Shown one piece after another: positions 54,410 through 64,000 of a stretch of DNA of 64,000 nt. Source of the stretch: Lama glama. Its lineage: Eukaryota. Made by a program: the position numbers and the translations under genes. Under the pieces are notes generated by a model, which did not search any database, was not told the origin of the DNA, and saw nothing but the letters and a program-made list of their open reading frames with translations. Within the stretch, counting starts at the first letter, position 1. Each line of letters begins with the position of its first letter. The DNA is taken from assembly GCA_028534125.1 (NCBI GenBank), contig CM052831.1:23064001-23128000 (forward strand). The letters run 5' to 3'.

Positions 54410-57400
54410 TCACCAGAAGGAGGAGAATTTTTTGCCAAAAGCAGACACAGCTGTGAAATAGAAAAGAGAGAGAAGCAACAGAAAATTGGGCTAGACTCCT
54501 TCCTAATCATGGCCATTTGGCACAGTGAAGCCAAGCTCAGCTGGAGGGGCAGGGACCACCCAGAGAACGACTAGGCAGCAGCAGGTGGGCCCTTGGGCTG
54601 GCCCGTGCCTGGGTGACGGGGCCCGGAACCATTCCCCAGACCTGACCCCTGCCAGAGTAGGGCCCTGGAGCAGCCATGCACCATGGCCCCAGCTGTAGGC
54701 AGTGCATACCTTCCGTCAGCTTGCCGGCCTGCTCTGCTGCCCCACCAGGGAGGATTTTGGAGAGCACGCTCTCCCCGTCGGCTCCTGGCGGGCCGGTAGG
54801 AGCTCCTGGGGTCCCTCCAGGCTTGGCTCCAGCCTTCAGACCTAAGGAGAAAGAAATCATCATGAGGCTGCTTGGCCTGGCTCTTCAGGGTCTGAGCGGG
54901 AGAGCAGTCACGAGGGAATCTGAACACGGGGACCCTGTGAGATGGAGGTTGAGGAGGAGGATAGAGGAATGAAGAAAGAAAGATTAAAAACAAGCAGAAC
55001 AGGGGTGGGAGGAAGCAGAACAAAGGAAGTTGAGGAAGACAAAGGAGAAAGGGAGGAAAGGGCAGAGGAAGATGAGAAGGCAGAGGAGAAGAGGGAAAGG
55101 AAGGAGAGAGTTAAGAGCTCCCCGGTCCCTTCCAGCTTCCCTGCCCAGAGCTGCCTGGGCCCTAAGGCCCCAGTGCTGGTGACTCCACCGGCTCATTCTA
55201 ACCCCAGGCTCATCTCTACTGGCGAGGCCTGCAGCCCACTGGGCATGTTCTCAGGGAGCAGTGAGGGCACGCGGTGCAGGGGGGCTCAGGGTGCCAGTGA
55301 GTGTAGGGAGATGGCAGCCCAGCTACTCTGGGTCATAGGCAAGGGCGCCCAAGGGTAGGCTCACCTGCAGGTCCAGGTCCTGGTAGTGGCTGGGCCTGAG
55401 GAGGCCTCCCCTGCTGCGGTGCTTTGGCAGTCCCTTTAGAGCCGTTTGCCTGCTCTGCCCGTGGCTGCAACACAGAACCAATAGCTGAGCTACCCCCCCG
55501 TCAACTCTGCTCATGCCCAGCCTGGAACCAAGGAGCTGTCCAGCTGCAGTCCCAGCATTCACCCTGGGGAGGGTCCATGTACTGGAGCCCTACTTACCGG
55601 TCCTGCTGGCTGGGGGCCTGTGGCTGTTGAGGGGCCCGGCTGAGGCTTCCCTGTTGGCTGGCTGGCAGCAGGGGCCGGGCCCCGAGCAGCTGGCTGGCCC
55701 TGCTGCTGCAGCCGAGCCTGTGACGGGGCCTGCTGCGGGGGTTGTAGCCCAAGGCCTTGCTGTTGCTGCTGCTGCTGCTGCTGTGTCTGTGGCTGGCGAG
55801 ATGCTGCCGCTGAAGGCGTCTGCCTGGATGGAAGCGGCTGTGACTGCTGTGGCCCTGGAGCTGCCTGCCGACCTTGCGGCTGCGGCTGGGATTCTGGCTT
55901 TGGCTGCAGTGCAGCGGGCCCTGAGTGGGCCTGCCGGGAGCCCTTCTTGCTCTCAGAGGCATGATGGTACGCTGACGGGACTCGGGATGGCTGGGAGTAT
56001 TCAGCGGAGCTAGGGTACCCAGGCTGACCCTTCTTCTGCATGGCCGGGGTGGAGCTGGGCTGAGGGTGAGGCCGGGCCTCGTGGCGACCCAGGTCCCGAA
56101 CGTGTGGTTTGGCAGCACGCCGGCCTGGCTCCTCACCAGCGTGGCGGCCTGAGTGCCGCCCGTGGTCACTGTGGTGCCGGTGTTCCTTGGTTGAGGCATG
56201 GCGGCCCGGGCCACCCTCATCATGTGGCCAAAGGCCCTCCTCGGGGGGCTCANNNNNNNNNNNNNNNNNNNNNNNNNNNNNNNNNNNNNNNNNNNNNNNN
56301 NNNNNNNNNNNNNNNNNNNNNNNNNNNNNNNNNNNNNNNNNNNNNNNNNNNNNNNNNNNNNNNNNNNNNNNNNNNNNNNNNNNNNNNNNNNNNNNNNNNN
56401 NNNNNNNNNNNNNNNNNNNNNNNNNNNNNNNNGGGCTGGCCGCAGGGGGAGGCCCAGCTGAAGCCATGCAAGGAAAACAGAGAGTGGGTGCCACAGCCAC
56501 AAGCTTAACACTAGGCCCCCAGCCCCCACCCCCCACAACTGGGGCCAGGGGGCAGGTGGAGCAGGCAGGAAGGGCACCCTGCAGCAGGGCCCACTGGATG
56601 AGGCACCAGGCCAGGCCCCACTGGGACATCTCAGGGCCCAGGGCCCCTTGGGCAGGCAGGCACCCCACGTACTGAGCATCTGCCAAAATCACCCCCAGCT
56701 GCCATTACCTTCGCTGTCGGAAACTACGCAGTGGGAATCATCCAGGATGTAGCCCTCCTCACGCTTATATGCGTGGGCCCGCGGTCCATCCTTGACATGC
56801 TCCTGGACATCAGGCATGGAGTGGCTGGAGCAGAACTGCGGGCAGGTGTCCCCAGGGGGAAGGGTGCCCCCAGCAGGGCGGGGCCGCCCCAAGGGGCTGA
56901 CAGGGCTCTCCTCTTCGGAGGCCTGGCTCCGCATAGGGGGCCGGGCCCGGCCATGGGCCATGCTCAGAGATGAGGGCTTGGGGCCTGCTTTTTGAAGTCG
57001 CTCCACAGCCTCCCGCTCCCGCTCATATCCCTTGGCCCGGCCACTGAAGTCATGGCTGGACAGCTTCTCCCCACTGTATGCAGAGGCCCCTCGGGACCGG
57101 CTGCTCCCACCACACATGCGGTCATCCTCCTCCACCAGGTCCCGGCTGGACACCCCGTAGTACCTCTGCTGCTCGTACACGTTCTTCTTGAGCCCATAGG
57201 TGATTTCGTCCTGGAACTTCCTGCCCCGAGAGGCCAGGCTGCTGCTGACTGCAGGGGAGGGGTAGGAGGCCAGGTCTGACTCCACATCCTTGGCCTCTTC
57301 GATAGGCGAGAACTTGGAGATCTTTTGCTCCATTCCCTGCTTCCGGTGCTTGCTGCGCTTTGAGGAGATGGCAGCCGGGGCCAGGCTCTTGGAGGGATGC

Positions 57401-60400
57401 TTGGGCCCCACAGGGCCTGGACTATACTTCTCTGCTCGAGCCCCATGTCGGTAGTCACTGTCACTGTAATAGTGGGTGCTGGCTGGTCGGCCATTGCTCT
57501 CCACGCTCCGGTGATGGCCGCTCTTCCCACGTGGGTCGTAAGAGTCCTCCTCAGATTCTTCCTCCCCTCTGGCATAGCAGCAGGGCAGTACGGGCCCCTC
57601 AAGGACACCTGGTTCTCCTGGCTCTTTTCCTGGACGCCCAGTGCTGCTCGGCCCCAGGGGCTCCAGTCGCTGGCTGTCGGAGGCAGTGGAGGTGCTGTCC
57701 TTGGTTAGCTCACTGATGTCGTCGATCATCACATAGTTCCGGGGGACGTTCTGCTCCAGGCTGGCGTAGTGTGAGTCGGAAGGGTAGGTAGGGGCTGGGC
57801 TCAGGTTCACACTGCTACGGTCACTGGCCCGTGGCAGCTCAGGGGCCTTGCCTTGTTCATAGCTGCTGGTTACTGCTGGGCCACTGTAGCTGGTTTCAGA
57901 TGGGGCTGAAGACATGGCCACAACGGGGCTGGCAATCACCTCATAGTTGGTTGGCACCTTCTGCTCCAAGTCGGCTAGTGATGTCTGGCGTGGCTTCTGG
58001 TGGGGGGCACGGCTGTCAGCAGGGACTGGGAAAAGGGTGCTCTGTGTGGTTGGCATGGGTGTTGGGGCTGCATAATGGCCTGTGGGATGGAAAGCCGGCT
58101 GGCTTGGCAGGCCAGGCTCAGTGGGGTAACTGGCACCAGGAGGAAAGGCAGGTGCTAGGTATGTGCTGGGGCCAGGGTAGGTGGGTGCTTGGTGGGCTGG
58201 GAATTCGTTCTGAGTTGGTCCACTGCTACCTGCAGCGTACTGCGGAGCTGGAGGTGGGAACCGGGGCTGCTGGAAAGCAGTGGGACCAGAAGGGGTGGCA
58301 GGAGCAGCGGCAGTGACAGGGAAGTCTGTATACTGGCCAGCTGGGGTGGCACAGCCCTGGAGCCGCAGCTGGTTGAGCTCACTGTCTGACAGGTAGTCAC
58401 GATGCTCCCCGAGACCACGCAAGGGTGGGTAGTCCCGGCTGCCTCGGTCTTTGGCCAAAGACTCTTTGCGCTGGGTGATGCCCAGCTCCAGGTACTTGAG
58501 CTTGGCGTCGATCTCCTTCTCCTCCTCATCCAGCTCTGCCTGCTTCTTGCGCAGCTTGGTGGACTCATGCTCCACCAGCCGCAGGTCCCGGTCCAGCTCC
58601 CGGAGCAGACTGGCCTTGGTGGCAGGGACAGCCGTGGGCCCTACCAGCCCACGCTGCAGCAGGCTGGCCGCATACAGCTGTGGGGGAGCCTGGCCAGCCA
58701 GGGGCAGGTGAGCCTCCTCTGGAGGGGGGCTGGGCAGTGTCCGCTTCACCTTGCGGACCAGGCCGTTGGGTGGCAGCGCCGACACCTGAGACAGAGGGAA
58801 GGGCGGGCAGCACTGAGACCCAAGGTGTGGGTGGCTTGGCGGGGCACAGGGTGGAAGAGAAATGCTCTGGGCTAGGGTAGGGGTGAGCTCCACAGCTGTT
58901 TGTCATCGCCCTGATTTATCAGGCCGCCGCAAGGCCTGACCTGCCCACCCACTGGCCTCAGAGGGAGGGCCTCTGATCATCTTACAGGCTTTCTTCCCAT
59001 AGCTCTGGAAGGTGGGAGGGGAAAGAAGGAGCAGATGCCCCTCTGTGCTAGTGTCTAGTACTGGCCTAGCACACAGCGGCTCTGAGAACCCGTGCAGGTC
59101 TCTGAGGGTCAGTCACCCTCCACCTCCTACTGAGTGTACCAAGGTGAGGACAGTACAGGTCTGGCTCTGGGTTGGAGTCCTAGCAGCTGGCAGGAGCCAA
59201 GGGCAGTGAAGGGCCGTGGATAGGAGGGGAGTGGGTCCTGGGCCCCCCAGTTCCCTAGAGGATCATAGAAAGGGCCACATGCTGCCTGGGTGTCAGTTGC
59301 TGTAGGCTCTGAGTCTTTTTCAGCCTCCTGCCCTCCTCCTCTCTAAAGTGATCTGCAACTCAGACACCTGCCCACTCTCCTCCTGAGGCCCTGCATCACA
59401 CTCTGCCAAACTGTGCTCTCGGCCTGGCCCCTGGCTTGCTCCACATCCCTGTCAGCCCACCACTCTCTGTGGCTCCCAGAGCCCCTTGAGGGCCTCTCCA
59501 GCCCTATCTCTGGCTACCTGGCTCCTGGTCAGTGCTCCCTAACATGTCCTCTGTGGGGCCCTCCTCACCTGCCTCCACATTGCCTCAAAGTCCGCATTGT
59601 GGAAGTTTTGCCCTTGGTCCTCCCTTTGTCTCTAGCTCCTAGCCTTGGTAGAAAGCCCAAGGTTTCTGGGTTTTACAGACCACCCAAATCCCCAAGATAC
59701 ACCGAGGGCTGACATCAGGCTTCTTACTTTTTACCTTGCCAAGAAATTACCTAAAAACCTTCCACCTACTCTCGCCGTATGTCATAAAGGAAATGATAGT
59801 GTGCCCCCAAACCCCAGGATGAAGGCTGGGTCTTTGGTGACATGGAATAAATTTCCTTCTGTCCATTGTCTGTCTTTTGTTATTTTGGTTGCACACCACG
59901 AGCACCCATTGTGGCATGGCTTCACACAGCCAGCCCATGGGACCACTGTGCCAACCCTAGTGTGAAGCCAAGACAGCTGCCTCTCTAACCTGCCTTCTCT
60001 GTCAGCCCAGACGCCTGATCTCACCCCCCCCACCCCTCTGGCCTGCACATCCCAGGGCTCTCCACTACCCAAACTAACCCCTACAATCCCATCCCCTAAG
60101 GCCCCACCTCACACCCAGAAAACGGAAATATATGTCACAACGCCTCTGGTTCCTATCCACTCTCCTTAGGGTCACTGTGCAATCACTTCCTGCAGCCCAT
60201 CTGTCCACATGCTGCCCAGGAAGCTTTCTAAGATACCCATCTTAATCTGTCTCATCTGCCTGAAACATCCAGAAGCTCCAAGGGCCGTTAAGAAGAGCCC
60301 ACCCGTCTCTGACTGGCACTCAAAGTGCTTGGCGTCAGATCCTAGCGACCCCATCTTCCCTCCACAGTGGGCTACCTCTCATAGCCCCAGGGCATCATTG

Positions 60401-63400
60401 GCAACTAAAAGCCACAGACAAGGGTAAGTTTATGCTCCAGAAGCCCCTAACTAGGAGAGCAGACAGGTGTGTAAAAAGATTTGCTGAGGGCCAGATAGAG
60501 GTGGGGACAAGACGAGGCAGAGAGCACACTGCAGCCCATTGGGATGGGCTTGGGCTTCCTTTGGGGCTTTGGAAGCCAGGCCAGGGCTGGGGAGTGGGGA
60601 GCAGCCCAGCCAGGTCCATGTTACTGATTTTGTCAGGAAATATCCACAGAAGAGGTATGGAGTAGGAGGGGTCAAGACTCGGGGGCAGAACTGAGGAGGC
60701 CTGAAGAGGGGAGGTGGCAGGGATTGGACTAGATAGGGGCCGTGAAGCGGCATTGCCCAGGAGAGGCTGAAGTTTCTAGCAGGGTCTGAATGGCTGTGGG
60801 GGCCATGTGTGAGTGTGTTTTGCCCAGGGTGTCCTTGCCGAGCTGCAGGTTCCACCAGATGTACATTGAGAAAGGTCCATTCCTTATCTCCTAGCTCTGG
60901 GCCTCTAGAGCTGGAGGAGACTCCATCCCCACCCCAGAAGGAACCCCTCCCTGTGGGGTCCCCAAGGCTAGATAGAGACCCCTGTCCCACCCTGGACCAG
61001 CCCCTGTGCCCATACCTGGCTACCCAGTCCCCCCTGGTGCTGGTAGAGGGAGAACCTCTCTTTNNNNNNNNNNNNNNNNNNNNNNNNNNNNNNNNNNNNN
61101 NNNNNNNNNNNNNNNNNNNNNNNNNNNNNNNNNNNNNNNNNNNNNNNNNNNNNNNNNNNNNNNNNNNNNNNNNNNNNNNNNNNNNNNNNNNNNNNNNNNN
61201 NNNNNNNNNNNNNNNNNNNNNNNNNNNNNNNNNNNNNNNNNNNNNNNNNNNNNNNNNNNNNNNNNNNNNNNNNNNNNNNNNNNNNNNNNNNNNNNNNNNN
61301 NNNNNNNNNNNNNNNNNNNNNNNNNNNNNNNGGCAGGTGGGCCTGGTATCCAATCTCCAAGGGATCTGGCTTCTTTTTTTCGAATCTGCCCAGGGGCCCT
61401 GGGGTGACGATCTGGATGCCAGGCAGGTAGGGGCTGATGGCAGTTGGCCCGACAAGCTGTGGCCCAGCAACACCCTGGGCCTGCCCGTCTGGCTCCGTCT
61501 GGCAGGCCAGGCTCTCCCCACGCCCAGTCTTCTCTGGTGCTGATATGTACCTGACGATCTCCACTTTGGGGTCAGTGGCAGCGGTGATGTGGATGGCTGG
61601 AGAGACTCTGGGCGGCTGGTCAGGCTCCGTCTGCACGGAGCAGTCACTGATGGTCTGGATGCCCACGCTGCTTGTGGCCCTCACGGCAGGGGCGGCAGTG
61701 GATGATGAGGCAGTAGCATCATGCTTGCTGTCGGAGCCTGAGTCTGAGTGGCGGGAAAGACGAGACTTGCGGCGGCGCACCGGCTGCTCCCATTCGGCGC
61801 TGTCCTCGTCATCCGTCTGCACGCTGCAGTCAGCACTCCGCCGTGCCCGGCGCCGCCGCGTCAGGAGGTAGCGGCCCTCCCCATCCTCGTCGTCCGTCTG
61901 CACGCTGCTGTCTGCAATCCTCCTGACCGCAGAGGGTTCAGGCCCCGACTCTGGCTCGCAGGCGTCCCGCAGGCGCGGCATGGAATGCCGCTTCTTCATG
62001 CTGCTGCGGCCTGCCTCCCATTGCTCCTCGGTCTGCAGTGACATGTCCGAGGCAGAGCTGGGGAGACCTCGGTGCAGCATGGGCTCACGAGGCTGCCCAG
62101 GCCCCTCAGGCCCGGCCACGGCAATGAAGGCTGCGTGGGTCAGGGGTGGCCAGTACTGGCCATTCTGAGCCATCTCGGTGGCAGCTGGGGGAGGCCCTCG
62201 GCCAGGTGCCTCACAGGCCACAGGGAAGGGGGCCTTCTGCCGCTGCTTCTGTTCCTCTAGCTGCTGCTGTAGCTGCTGCTGCAGCTGCTGGATCTGCTCT
62301 AGCTGCAGGCGCTGCTGGGCAAGCTGCTCCCGCTGCAGAGCAAACTGAGCCTGACGTTCCTCCTGCTGCTGCTGCAGCACATGGTGCTTGATGGTCTGCA
62401 GCTCCTGCAACTCCCGCTGCACCAGCAGCTGCTCTTCCTCGCGGTGCCTCTGCAGCTCCACACGCTCCCGCTCCAGCTCCTCCTGCAGCCGCAGCTGCCT
62501 CAGCTTTTCCAACTCCACCCGCTCCCGCTCCAGCTGTAGCAGTTGTTCCTGCTGCTTCCGCTGTCTCTCCTCCTGTGACACTTCCTCCTTCTCAAGCCCT
62601 GGCCGGCTGAGGGCCCCACTGCCGCCCCCAGGAGCAGCATCTACTGACGGCTTCTGGCCAGCCAGTGGGGCTGGGGCTGGGGCTGCTACAGCCTCCTTGA
62701 CAGCAGCAGGGGGAGCTGTGGAAAGAGGCTCTTCCCGAGCAGCCCCTGCTGGCAGCTCTGGCCTTGGTGTGCCCCCGGCCCCTGGGGCCTTGACAGCAGC
62801 AGGCTTCCCCAGGTAGACAGGACCTTCAGCAGGTGGAATGCTGGAAGCAGTGGGGAATCTACTTGGTACAGGATATCGGTACAGCCCTGTGGGCCCGAGA
62901 GGTACCCGGGGGGCAATCATGGGCAAGCGTGTCAGGCTGGCGAGTGGCACGGCTGTGACCCCACCAGCTGCATAAGGCCTATACATGCCGCCACGCACCA
63001 TGGGCCGCAGTACTGAGGCAGGCTGGGTGGTGATGGGCAGTGTTGCAGCAATCGGAGTGTTGATAGTCGAATAGATCATGCCATCGGCTGCACGCACAGT
63101 GGCTGTGGATGGTAGTAGCTGTCTGACTGCTGTTCCCTGGCCTGCTGTAGGCCTGTACTGGGCCAGGTTTCCAGGACTGGGGTGGCTCTCTGGGAAGGTG
63201 GGGTTCCCAAGGAGACCAGGTCTGAGGGGAGCCAGACCTTGCGGGGCACTGAGCCCAGGCCTGGGCTGGGGCTGATACTGCATGAGGTCGGGGCCACCAC
63301 CACCGCTGCCATGCCGCCCTCCATACTGGTCCATAGAGTTGAGGGCAGCGCACATGCGGCTGATCTCACGGGCTGTGGTGGCACTGTACTGGGCCAGGCT

Positions 63401-64000
63401 GGCCTCCTGAAAGCCAGCTGCATCTCCCCGCGAGCCATACCTATGGTCCGAGTAAATGTTTGACACTGAGCTATAGCGCCGCATGGGAAGTGGGTGAGTC
63501 AAGAGGTCTGTGGGATGACGCAGGTCTGTGAATGAGCCATACTGCAAGCCCTGCCCAAGGTAGCGTCCATCTGCAAAGCCCAGGCTGTAAGAATGCTTCA
63601 GAGAGCTGAGGTCCACAGCCGAGTCTCGTCCAGGGCCCTGGAAGAGCTGCCCGATCCTGTGGGCATGGTAGTTGAGGCCAGCCTCAGCCAAATTGGTGTC
63701 AGACATGGAGGAGTACAGCCTGCCAGGAAGGCCCGGTGGGTAAGGCCTCAGTTCCTCATGGGGCGCGGGCCCCCCTACCACCTGTGCCTGGTAGGTGGGG
63801 GGCTCTGGAGGCTCAGGGTCCCGGGGACTGTAGAAGGGCCCACCGCTTTGGCCAGGTGGGGCCACATCTGCTACGCTCTTCTCAGGTGCACTGGGGGCGG
63901 GGTGGAAGGCGCCTGTGCAGCTACTGCCAAAAGGGAACTTGTAGACCATGTCACAACACGCCAGCTGGCTCTCAGGCCTCATCCCAGTGAGGTCCAGGGC
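54410..64000 (-). CDS. BSN: Bassoon presynaptic cytomatrix protein, 3' part (5' end beyond window)
   Basis: Giant exon >64000-61016 (E/Q-rich coiled coil, SVQTDDED repeats), exon 58785-56709 (LRELDRDLRLVEHESTKL coiled coil), exon (start in N gap)-55598 with polyQ, 55464-55365, 54841-54710, 54450-54410 ending AVSAFGKKFSSFW*. Confidence 0.96.
54940..55110. repeat. GA-rich low-complexity polypurine tract (BSN intron)
   Basis: ~170 nt almost entirely A/G on +. Confidence 0.7.
55757..55783 (-). repeat. Coding CAG/CAA repeat (Q9) in BSN
   Basis: (CAG)6 CAA CAG CAA on -. Confidence 0.9.

Noticed and set aside
54396-54412. In-frame readthrough of the BSN TGA-C stop
   Set aside because: Not the TGA-CTAG motif, and the spliced extension stops after ~9 codons; the out-of-frame ATG ORF is the better candidate.

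Overview
Mammalian (non-primate, non-rodent: no Alu/B1 seen; one L1 tail looks cetartiodactyl-like, low confidence) genomic DNA syntenic to human 3p21.31. Gene order: 3' end of IP6K1 (+), GMPPB (+, 9 coding exons, 360 aa), RNF123/KPC1 (-, 38 coding exons, 1316 aa, two U12-type introns) with AMIGO3 (+, single-exon CDS, 508 aa) nested in one of its introns, MST1/MSP (+, 18 exons, 711 aa), APEH (-, 22 exons, ~732 aa, one exon partly in an N gap) and the 3' part of BSN/Bassoon (-). Exon boundaries were read from splice signals, and frame sums were checked wherever no N gap intervenes. Old repeats (L1, L2, MIR, MER3), two younger TSD-flanked insertions and eight N gaps are present. The most unusual region is the BSN 3' end. 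It has two introns after the stop codon. A 93-nt 3'UTR exon is complementary over most of its length to a segment of the last exon ~2.5 kb away, predicting a long-range RNA duplex over the EJC site. An ATG 2 nt after the BSN stop opens a 58-codon ORF running through both 3'UTR junctions.
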